Shown: positions 44,111-54,879 of the stretch, piece by piece
How the letters are laid out: each line of letters begins with the position of its first letter
Position numbering within the stretch: the stretch's first letter is position 1
Assembly: GCA_047495785.1 (NCBI GenBank)
Contig: JBLDXI010000054.1
Location: forward strand, 3,162,001 to 3,226,000
Length of the DNA: 64,000 bases
Direction of reading: 5' to 3'
Source of the DNA: Lepidodermella squamata
Taxonomy: Eukaryota > Animalia > Gastrotricha
The notes under the pieces: generated by a model
Told to the model about the DNA's origin: nothing
Databases searched by the model: none
The model's input: the letters and a program-made list of their open reading frames with translations, nothing else
Position numbers and translations under genes: made by a program

Positions 44111-44503
44111 CTATCGCGAAATTGCGAACCTTATTTTTCGTCAATAATAACAGTTTGAATTTCTATAAAAATTTCGAAAAAGTAACCAGCGTATTCCTCG
44201 TGAACTCCTCTGTCTGGATCTATCAACCAAACCCGCGAAAAAATCGAAACCGCCGCAAAACCAATCTAACAACAAATCTAATGTTTATTTACTTTGTCTC
44301 CACGCTCTGATGAATCAGCTGACCACATGACGCCCATAGCGTAGCACCCTTTTCTCGTGAGTATAAGCTGTCTATTTATGTCTATGATGGCGAGTTATAT
44401 ACAAAGTGTTTGTGAAAGGTGGTACTGAATTCTCCTACAAGTCAGAAAGATGTCATTTCGCCAAAATTTCCACTTTCACTTGAGAAAAACTACGAGCAAC
44501 ATC

Positions 44504-44822
44504 ATGCAAGTAACTAATTACTCAATTGCAGGTAAGGGTCAGACATATTTATATTTGAATGATTGACTAATTCGCAATTTTCCAAGTTGCGTGTTTGGCC
44601 ATTCTGCTGTTATCCACAGAAATTTTCGTCAACGGGCATGAATCTTTCGCTGAAAATCTTCACAGGCACATGAACTTGCGGCGAGTGAGGCGCCAATTCG
44701 AGCTAGAACCGTGCTGCTTCAAGTATCCGCCAAGCGATCGCGACAGTGGAAGCGAGAAAGAAGTCTCATCAAATCCAGAAAGCGAGAACTCTGAGGAAAC
44801 CACTATTTCCACTCGACGGTGA
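44504..44822 (+). CDS. Secreted prohormone-like precursor, orphan (cluster gene F, 87 aa, 2 exons)
   Basis: MQVTNYSIA/VACLAILLLSTEIFVNG signal across intron 44532-44586; furin site RRVRR, then QFELEPCCFKYPP and an acidic tail. Confidence 0.72.
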
Positions 44823-45087
44823 AGTTGATGCAGTTTGGACGATGGGCAATCAGTTCATTTCGATTAATTAACAAATATTGTTGTTTGACTGATGTATTTG
44901 ACTATGTTTTATGCATAATGTGACTTCAGAGCCCGGGATAACTGGGATAATTTCGAATAAAATCATCTTAACGCAACGTAACACGCAAATGGTAGCATAA
45001 TATCTTAGATTCCAATGGTTACCAACAAGATATAGCCTAAACTAAGTACTCCATATGACTTGGTTTTCTATACATTCAGCCTCTAAA

Positions 45088-45477
45088 ATGACTCATCTCC
45101 GGCGATTTGGTAAGAAATACAAAGTTCCATGTCGCAGATTTCCCTCAGTCATGATATTTTTAGGTTGCTGTAGCGTCGCAGTCGCATTAATTTCGCTCAT
45201 CGCCGAATGCAGCACGGATTCTGAAGTTTTCCTATCTGGAAAGCGAACTTTAAGCAAGAGGCAGTACCAAAGTCCAAACGTTGGCCCTTTCAGTGCGTAC
45301 TACGGTAGCTGGGGATCGCCCTTGTACATAACCGGTGGCGGCCCGGAAAAAGATGATGCCATCGCTTTCAGATACGGTGAAATAAGCTCCGCTGGAACTC
45401 TTAAAGTGAATTTGTTCCTTTCCATGCTTGAATATGTTCTTGTTATTATTTTTGGCGTATTCCGTATTAAAAATTAA
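45088..45477 (+). CDS. Secreted prohormone-like precursor, orphan (cluster gene G; 3' end uncertain)
   Basis: MTHLRRF/GCCSVAVALISLIAECST across a 54-nt intron (45110-45163); GKR and KR sites, then QYQSPNVGPFSAYYGSWGSPLYITGGG...AFRYG. Confidence 0.6.
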   Translation: MTHLRRFGKKYKVPCRRFPSVMIFLGCCSVAVALISLIAECSTDSEVFLSGKRTLSKRQYQSPNVGPFSAYYGSWGSPLYITGGGPEKDDAIAFRYGEISSAGTLKVNLFLSMLEYVLVIIFGVFRIKN

Positions 45478-46589
45478 CGTTCGAAATTTGGTTTTGAAGC
45501 ATTGTTAATAAAATCGATGTGCCTTTGAAGAGCTATTTCAAATTCTCTCCCCGTTCTCTTAACTGCGTTCTTTTTATTGGCGCATTTACATAAGATTTTT
45601 CATTACGGTTTACCATCAGCTCAGAATAAAGTCATACACGCACACATACACACAGTTCTGGAAATAAACAATGGGCGCTGTTTCTTACAAACTGAGAGAT
45701 GAAATCGAAGAAATCGGCCTCTGCAATAGCGATCAGAACCTGCATTTTTCGCCCGGGGTAATCCAGCGAAGTATTGGAGGCTCGTTGTTCCTCAATTCCT
45801 CAAATTTCCACGATATTTGTTTGAAATCTGAGCTGATGTTGGCTTCCTTAAAGAAATTGAAAATTCAGCGAATTGCTCGAAAATCTCCAAGGTTGATTGG
45901 GCCAAGACCGAACGAAGCGAGGATCTAGGTGTTTTGCAATATGTGCTGGTCAAACAATCCTCTTTGTCAATCTGGAATATGATTCTTTCATGAACTATGC
46001 TGCCCCGTATGCCGTAGGTCACGCGGGTCGGTTCAAATTCAGTTCAAAATTTGAGATTACATGCGGCAACAATGTGGATCGTAATGCAATAATTTTCATA
46101 CATTTTTAATTTAAATACAAATATATGTATTTTGTGTTATATTTAGTAGTTATTTATAAAATGTTTTCGTTGATTACGAAGCTCAGTGTTGGGACTCTGT
46201 GAACTTTTTTGCGATCTTTGCCAGGTGACTAACGAGAACGAAATGTTAGATGTTATATGCTAGGAAGTTGGTTGCTGTAGAAGTTACGTTGATGGCTACT
46301 TCTTATCTTCTTTGGGGCAGTTACCTAAACCCTAAATCTGTTGACTTTTGAGGGAAGATGGAAACTAGAGCTTCAAAAATTAATGTATTGTGTGTTTTGT
46401 CCCCATAAAATTGTCATGATCTCATTGATCTCATTCACAGCATACAGCTTATCTATATTATTCCATCTGAGTAATTCTAGCCACTGGCCACGCTCCACGT
46501 ACTACCCCGACTAGTTTTCATGTGTAACACAGCGGAATTCTAATCTACTGGTGACTGGTGTATCAGCCTTAAAGTAACATATGAAGATC

Positions 46590-46755
46590 ACAACTACCGG
46601 AAGTTTGGTATCCTGATGTGGCTAGTGCAAAAGACATGGCGTTGCTCCGAGATCTCGCCAGCGACCGCAACGGATAGCGGCGACTGACTGCCCGAATTTG
46701 TGCCTCCGCGCTGAAGGCGGCGAAACCCTCGCAAAGGGTGTAAAGCCGTAATCAT
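46590..46755 (+). mobile_element. Degenerate 3' end of an RTE-like LINE
   Basis: Translates DMALLRDLASDRNG*RRLTARIC (TAG in place of TGG), matching the A.DR..WR motif at RTE ORF C-termini, followed by a short hairpin ACCCT-CGCAA-AGGGT. Confidence 0.5.
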
Positions 46756-46764
46756 CGGTGTACC

Positions 46765-47136
46765 CCGTGGCGTAGATAATCTCAATTTTTTAGCGTGCCA
46801 GGGGTTGCACGGTGGCGCCAAAAGCATCATTTAGGGTAGTGTCAATTTTGTTTTGGCGCCACATGCCATTTTGGGTAGTGTCAATTTCGAAGATTCAGCT
46901 ATTAATTTTGTAGTTTCTTCTTATGTTCTAAATGATCAGTCCTGATGAGAATCTTGAACATTACTAGGCTTCTAAGGGAATAAGTTTCTCAAGAAAAAAA
47001 AGAAAAATTGGCGCCACCTGGAAAAAGTGTAAGGCCCCCCCTGTGGGTCGCTTCGGCGCGGCGCCAATACCCATTTAGGGGGGTGAAGACTGGGGTTGAT
47101 CGATCAACCCTTCGCCACCCCTTATCTACGCCACTG
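46765..47136. mobile_element. MITE, hAT-like termini
   Basis: TIRs CCGTGGCGTAGATAA / TTATCTACGCCACTG (14/15 match); flanking direct repeat TCGGTGTACC / CCGGTGTACC; internal duplicated GGGTAGTGTCAATTT and several GGCGCC motifs. Confidence 0.78.
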
Positions 47137-47444
47137 CCGGTGTACCTATCAGTTTTCTGTAGAGGCTTGTTTAGGTTATTCTGCATTTCCACGATTGAAG
47201 CATTCAACAAAGCTTTAAAATTGCATTGTCGAATTTCGAATTCATTTGAAAATGGGAAATCACAGCCGAGGGCAATGTAGGTCTATTTCATTTATGTTAA
47301 TTCATGTGTAGCTAGTTCAGATACTTGACTTAACATGATAATATTGAAATCTGTTGCATTAGGTGCTCGTTTTCTATACTATTTTATATTATAAGTATTA
47401 GTCAGTGTTTGAATATATTTTGTTTGCTATTTAGATAATAGAAA

Positions 47445-49321
47445 ATGGCCGGTTTAAAAGAGCTGATGAAATTTATATTCAAACCGAATCGCTCAGATCC
47501 TTCACTGCTGGCACAATTTTACTATGCGGACGAAGAAGTTCAAACGATTGTGCATGATCTGGAACAGCTAGATCATAGAAACCGAACAGATCCTACCATT
47601 TCGAATCGTACGAATTTGTTAATTCAACAATATCGATTTTGGCAGGATGTTGTGCTTGCTCTCGTCTTTAAAATTATGGATGAAATCGTTCCAAACGGTC
47701 GCGCATCGAGAGACTACCGAGTAAAATTCCCCGATGACTTGATTCAGGAGGGCTTTAATGGCCAGGTATGGTTCGCCGCTGAATGTCTTGCCGCCGGCTC
47801 GAATATTGCAAACCACGAAGCCGAGGGAGAATTGATCAGGCCTTTGGCTCGAACCTTTGTGTCAAATCTCGATACCCTTCGAGGATTACTCCGCGATCAA
47901 GCGCTTTCCTCATCGAAAGAATATTCAGATAATATTAGGGATGCCTTGATAACTTTTGATCGAATATTCACAACTTTCGAGTTTGCTTATATAAGCTCAA
48001 TTATCAAGCTGAAAACTGCCAAGGAATTCGACCATCTCCAAGATCTTATAGTTTTATTCTCCGAATCTGTGCGAATTGCTGTAAATCGAGGCCTGATCAC
48101 GAATGACCAGATCGAGTGTTCAGATCCTATTGTAATGTTTGCCATTCCGAGATTGGCGATAGTGTACGGTTTGAATATGGTGTCTGACGGACCACTACAT
48201 AGGACAAATACCGACCAGCCGTACAACCTCTTTCGACCTTTCCGACAGCTGATTGGAAAAATCAAGTGAGAATATTGTATTTTAAGATGTATTGGTACTA
48301 TTACGTTGATGTTAATAGGGAGATATTGGTGATATTGACAGTGGAAGAATTGTCTGATTTAGAGCAAATGCTATGCAATAAAGCTGCTCCCGGTTCTTAT
48401 CAAAACACATGCTTCGAATTTTTGTCGGGCCGTGCAAATGCTGGAAGCCTCCCAGGGAATGAAGTATCTAGCAACAGTAATGGCTCAAACAGTGGCACAA
48501 GTAATGGCAACGCAAGCAGTTCGTCATCCGGTGGTCGGCATCACCACCACCATCGCAGCAAATCGAGTTCTAGGCGGAAGTCTAATCGAGCCGCCGCTGC
48601 GATGGTAACCGGTGTCTTAAGTGCCACTAACCCGCCGAATCTCGGAGACGCTATCGCTACTCCAGATGATTCAATTAACAAGAGTGCAAGTGCTACTGAT
48701 AGCTCGACTTCGCCTAGTGTCGTCACGCCTGTTCGAGATCGGTCTTCGTCGGCTGCGGATTCGGGCAGCAACTCGCATCATCAGCAAAAGATTCGCTCGA
48801 GATTCAGCAGTCGAGCTGACATGCTGCATCGCTTGTTTGTCTGCATCGCCGGTGTTTCGGATCAACTGCAGTCGAACTCGGCCGGCGAGATGCGATTTAT
48901 ATTGAAAACGGTCTTTCAGATGCACATGGGAATCGGCGCCTCGTCGCCAATTTCAATTCAGTCGACGCTGTCGTCTTTTTCAAGTGCCGTGCAAAGCCCT
49001 ACTTCCGAGGCTTCTGTCAGTTTATCAGCGTCGATCGAACCGCCGCCGAATTGGGTGCCCGATTCCGAATCGATGACCTGTTCAGCGTGTCAAGCGGCTT
49101 TCACATTTTTGCGTCGCAGGCATCATTGCCGCGCTTGCGGTCGAATTTTCTGTGCGACCTGCAGCAATAGGTCTCTAGCCCTGCCCCGACTCGGATTTAC
49201 CAGTGCTGTTCGGGTGTGTGACGCATGCTACTCGCGGTATGCCGTTCCTCCAGCTGCGATTGCAGCTGCTCAAAATCTTATGCCGGTGGGATCTTTACCA
49301 GCCGTACAGGCCAACCAGTAG
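47445..49321 (+). CDS. ZFYVE28: Lateral signaling target protein 2 homolog (FYVE zinc finger)
   Basis: KPNRSDPSLLAQFYYADEE, RDYRVKFPDD, GQVWFAAECLAAGS, LHRLFVCIAGVSDQLQ, and FYVE motif WVPD...RRRHHCRACGRIFC...RVCDAC; one intron at ~48266-48317. Confidence 0.95.
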
Positions 49322-49910
49322 TAGAACGATTTGATTTAACTCTATCCACTCTCTCCGATTGTCTCATTTCATTTCGCTTTTCTTCTCTATCATTTTTGTT
49401 ACCACATTTATTTCTTACTTATTTTGTTGATATAAAAAATGAAAAAATCTGCAATTTTTCGGCTTGCTTTTTCTATCTGCGGATGCGCGTATTGTGAAAT
49501 ATATGTTATTAAGGTGACTTGAGCGTGTAATAAATAAACTATGACGACGATACAGCGCGAATCGATTTGATACTGTGTAAACACGGAAATGCATTATGTA
49601 CGAAAAGACCGCCATAATACTTTTGTCATACGCACGAAAAATAAACTCTGAATGCACTTATAATCGGGCGATACTTCATAATATATATAAAATCTTGGCT
49701 GTATAATACGTAAAAATATATCTGAAGTTTTCATCGCTGAGACATTGTTTACGAAAATCTTTAATAAATATAATTATAAAAAATGCGTTCGATGGAGTAC
49801 AAATAATTACTGAAATAACCGGCGATAATTTTAGTGGATTATAATGAATCTATGGTTGCTAAAAATATCGATTTTTGTTTATTTATTTTTTAGACTGCCG
49901 TTATTTGATA

Positions 49911-51245
49911 ATGACTGAAGAAATCAAGGAACCAGGGTCACCGACCGCCGCAGATTCCGATGAGCAACCTACGCTAACGTTCAACGATCTCAAAGAAATG
50001 GTCGATGCCGAGGACAATTTGATGACAGCTGTTTTTGCCGGATCGGACGAGCGTAATTGCAGCTATCCGAAAGGCTATGTCAAACGCCAGGCCCTGTTTG
50101 CTTGCCGCGATTGCTCATACAAAAACAAAGATGCGACTTCGTCTTCCACATTATTCCCGGAGCCAGCCGGTAATTTTGCGAAATAAAATGAAAATTCCAC
50201 CTTAATTTTTTTATTTATTTCAGGTGTTTGTTTAGCGTGTGCTATCGCGTGTCATGCTGATCACGATTTGGTTGAGTTGTATACGAAGCGAAATTTTCGT
50301 TGCGATTGCGGGAATTCAAAACTGACCGAAGTTCCGTGTCGACTTTTCCCGAAAAAGGAAGCAGATAACCCGTCGAATACTTACAACCACAATTTTTCCG
50401 GGCTCTACTGCACGTGTAACAAGCCGTACCCGTGTGATCCGGATGATTCTGAAGTCGAAAAATTCGCCGATGAGGAAATGTTGCAGTGTATTGTGTGTGA
50501 AGACTGGTATCACACGTGTCATCTCGATATCGCGGCTGATGATGTGCCGTTGCTAGAGAAGGACGACGAAGAGTACGAACTTGTGTGTCCTAGCTGTTGC
50601 GCCCAACACGTCTTTCTCATCGACTACTATCGTCATTTCAAGAACCCGGCAAAGGGTGAGGTTAAAGTAGAATCGCCGAGCTGTTTCCTGGCAGCGATCA
50701 ACCAAACTAAAAGTGAAGACCAGCAGCAGCAGTCGTCATCTGGCTCAGACCCGAATTCGAGGGTGCTGTTGTTCCCGCCCAACTGGCGGGCCACTCTGTG
50801 CAAATGCGAGGCGTGTACGGAAATGTACACCCAGCAGAATATTGCTTTCATCACTGATCTTTCTGATACGTTGGCGGCGTATGAAGCGGCCGGGCGGGCG
50901 CGAACTGCCGATGCCGGCGGCCAGACGATGAGCGACCGCCTGGTTTCTGCGACTCTAGCCGGAATCCGCGACCGGGTTTCCGCCACGGAAATCGCCCATG
51001 GTTACGCTGAATTCAAGGCTCAGCTGACTGAATTCATCACCGATGCTAGTAAACGTAAACGCGTTATCACGGAGGATGATGTCAATGAATTTTTCGCGAC
51101 TTTGACGAAGCGTAAACGGGGCGATGATTGCGGCGGATCGGGCAGCGGGTCGGCGAGTAACAGCCGCGCGGCCGGTGGTGATGACGATGACAACGGATCT
51201 TCAAGCATCGGAACGCCGCCGACTAACTGCCATGGTAGCTGGTGA
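49911..51245 (+). CDS. UBR7: UBR-box/PHD E3 ubiquitin ligase UBR7
   Basis: CSYPKGYVKRQALFAC, CLACAIACHADHDLVELYTKRNFRCDCGN, YNHNFSGLYCTC, MLQCIVCEDWYH, WRATLCKC; one short intron at ~50170-50223. Confidence 0.95.
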
Positions 51246-51405
51246 TCTGACGTCCTCCTTAACGAGAAATAACACGTCTTTGTTCTTTCTTACTTGAAGT
51301 TTGCATGTTTGTTTGGCATTTTAATAAACATTCAATGGCATTGTTTTTTTCGCAATTTCACGTTTTTTCTGTATAATCTAGTAGAGGTGTTTTGATTTAA
51401 ACAAA

Positions 51406-54400
51406 ATGTCCGGCGATCCATTCAGCCGGCGAATTACTCACGACCCGCCTAGTTATGACCTGAATTCTGCTAAATTTGACGTCCAGGCCTATATGGACAA
51501 GGTGGTTCGAGAGAAAACGCTGTCGGGTATAGTCGAACTAGAGGCGACTATGGGTCAGGAGATGCGTCAGATGGACTCTGAAATGCAGACGCTGGTCTAT
51601 GAAAATTACAGCAAATTCATCACGGCAACGGATACAATTCGGCAGATGAAGTCGGATTTTCACCGCATGGAAGTCGAAATGTCGAAACTGAGCGAGCACA
51701 TGGGTGAGATAACGTCGGCTAGCGAGTCGATTTCGAATCGCTTGTCGGATAATCGCAAGAAAATGGCCAAGTGGATGGGCGTTCACAACTGCTTGAAAAA
51801 ACTCGATTTCCTGTTTCACCTTCCGGAAACTCTTGAAAGGTCAGTTTCGTTTTGAAATTAATCTCGAAAAATTTAGGAAAAATTGGAAATATCGATTTTT
51901 GATCATTTACCTAAATGCCGAATTTTAATTGATAAATTTATACCCTTACGAGGGGTAATATTGGACTGAACCCTGTTTTTCGAAGTTTATAACTATCCTT
52001 TGCTCAACAATTCCTGAAATTTGAACCTAAGGTTTGCATGTTGATTCCTGCAATGTCAGGGAATTTTCCTATTTTTGCATGTTTTTCGGAAATTTGATAC
52101 TTGTTTTGCTAACCTTGGACACCGGGCGGTTAGTCCATGAAGTTCATTTGCATATGGAAGGGCCTTGTGAGATTTGAGAATCGTCCGTGAAAATTTAGAT
52201 CAAATTTTGATAAACAGTTTGACTGTTTTTATAATGAATAATCTTAGTGGTGAATCTTAGTGGCATAATAATTTAATATAAATTGAAAATATAAAAATTA
52301 CCCTATTTTTCATATTCAATTGAGATTCCCTGCTCATAATTTTTACCTACGATTTCATGGAGAGAAGGCAACAGAACACTCATACCAATTATTTTTCGAC
52401 AATTTTTCACAATTACAAAGATGAGAAGGGGTCTTTCGATGACATTTTACCTGTTAGTATAGTTTTCGCTAGAGTCATCTTGATTTTTATTCCAAACGAA
52501 ATCTGATGTGACGGAATATTTAATGCAAAAAACCCAAGTTTTCAACTCGGATAGTTGAATAACTCTCCAAGCCCACAGTAATCAATCATGGTTTCCATGT
52601 CCACAATATTTAAGTATAAGAAATAATTTGAAAATAATTTATCTTTTAGGTGTATTCAATACGGGCAATATTCTGAGGCTGTCGACTATTATTTGGGCGT
52701 GAAGCGAGTTTTGGACAATTTCAGCGACAAGCCATCTTTTCAATCGATCCGCGCCGATTGCGAAACCGTCATCGAAAAATTGAAAGCCGCCTTAAAAGCA
52801 GAGTCTTTCCGATATGATAGCTCAACCGGGGCCGCTCCAGGCGGCAATAAGCGACGGGCTGAAAATATGGAACTGCTGCTAAAACTCGGTGAATCAGCCG
52901 AAAATCTATGTGAAGAATTCTTGACTAACGCGAACGAACGAATCGGGCGAGATCTAGATCAGCTAGATGAAGAGGTCAACAAAATGAAAGCTATGGAGGC
53001 AAAACGGCATTTGAGCATCGCCAGTGGTGGCTCAAGTGAGTCGACTACAACCAACAGCCGGCACAAAGGCTCGATTTCATCCGGCGATGGGGTGCCTAGC
53101 GATGTGTTATCCTTCGTTGATTTCGAGTCGAACAATTTTCTCGGCAGTTTGAGCCTGGTTATCAATGCGTACAACGCCATGTTCCTATCACGTGACCACG
53201 GTCAAGCCGAGTCGGATAATTCGATGCAACTGTATACGACTGCGATGAAAAAACTCGTTAGATTCGTCAATTTGACCATGCATCGGTACTTCAACGTTGT
53301 CGAGGAGCGGTTTAAACTCGAGCCTCAAGCGGCTGATACCGGCAATTTGGTGCGGGCGCTTGATAGATTCCACCGGCGGCTTCAAGCTATGACCCAGTTA
53401 CTCAATGACATTGATTTCAGTCAAACTGCTATGGAAGTTATTGCGAAAATTGCGCGGCAGGAATGCCAGAGGCGATTACAAGCTGCTCAGGCTCATTTCC
53501 ACGGCTGTCTTTCTGCGGTTAAACAGCGTTTATGCGACCCTAACGCGAGTAGCAATGATTTATCAACGACTCGCCCGGCTTCGCTTTCGATTACGAGTGC
53601 TAGTCAAGCGGCGAGCCAAGCGTCGTCTTCCTCGTCATCCGCAGCCACCTTGATGGTTCAGATGTTGGAATTTCTAAATACAACAGTGGTCAACCATCTT
53701 AAAGCAGCTCTGCTCAATTTGCAAGCTTTCCTCGCGACCGACATCACGTTTGCCGTCAAGCCGTACTTCCAGTCGACGTTTTGCGCTCAAGACGTTCGCG
53801 AGGGTTTCCTGGTCGCGTATTTCCGCTCGGTCGCTGAAACGTGCGAATCATTCGCCGCGCATCATCAGCTACCCGGGGTTAATATGGCTGGTGTACCTGG
53901 CCATAGCACTAATTCGGCCCATTCGCAACCACCCCCGGCGTCTTTTTTCCTGATTTTATCACGATTTTGCATTCAAATGGAGCAGTCGACAATCGGTTAT
54001 TTGCTCACCCTGGCCGATGAGCAGTTTTTGATTTCGCAATACTCGGCCCAGCAAAGTGGGAATTTCCATCTGCCAATGCCGCCCCTGACTGGTCGCACGC
54101 ATTTGTGTAACGAACAGAGGCGGGCCGCTGGGAAGCTACTGCAGCAATACGTGAGTGTAGCCGGGTCGTCGCTGTCGCAAATGGTGCGGAAATCGATCGA
54201 AGCTCGTGATTGGCTGTCAGGCTCCGAGCCTCGATCTGTCCGAACTGTTATGAAGCGAATCGTTGAGGAGATAACGGTAGCTGATCAACAGGTTGGGCAA
54301 ATGTTTGAGGAGGGCCAGCGGCGCGAGGATAGCGAGTCAAGTCGCCGCGGTGGCCTGGGAGGTTCTGCGTCTGTTCGCGGCTCCCAGCTACCGTGGCCGC

Positions 54401-54879
54401 GTTTCGGCGGGGCTATGCTGCACTCATCGCCCCATCGCAATCAACTGCACCCAAAACATTCGGTCAGCATTTCTGGTTCGACAAATGCGTTGGATTCGTC
54501 GAATTTGATTTCTCGACTTTTCACTGATAAAATTTCTATTTTCGGCCCGGTTGATTTCACGCAAGTCTCTATCATGACGGGAATCATCAAAATAGTTCTG
54601 AAGGCCCTCTTGGAATTCGTCCGCCTTAAAACATTCGACAAATTTGGCTACCAGCAAATTCAGGTATTTGCTCAATTTTTCATCGAATATATTATAATTA
54701 TGTTTTCTTTCAAGGTGGATTGTTACTATCTTCACCAGTATCTAACGCGATTTGTTTCGGATGAAAAAATTATTCAACAAATGTTGGAGGATGTGTTGAA
54801 TTCGGTGACATTCCGCTGCCTCGACGCTGTGCCTATGGATTGGCCTGTCGTTGCTCGCATTTGCGAACCAGCTTCGTGA
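51406..54879 (+). CDS. VPS51: GARP/EARP complex subunit VPS51
   Basis: DSEMQTLVYENYSKFITATDTIR, FLFHLP, VRALDRFHRRL, RKSIEARDWL, VRLKTF..FGYQQIQVD; introns at ~51840-52650 and an in-frame 51-nt intron at ~54664-54714. Confidence 0.95.

Noticed and set aside
43197-44158. Near-identical ORFs on opposite strands (LRPKSESDHIAVWSTRPRRG...)
   Set aside because: Artefact of GC-rich terminal inverted repeats; no recognisable protein motif.
46705-46750. Hammerhead-like CTGAAGG...GAAAC-stem
   Set aside because: The core deviates (CTGAAGG, G at the cleavage position) and stem I does not pair; better explained as a LINE 3' hairpin.
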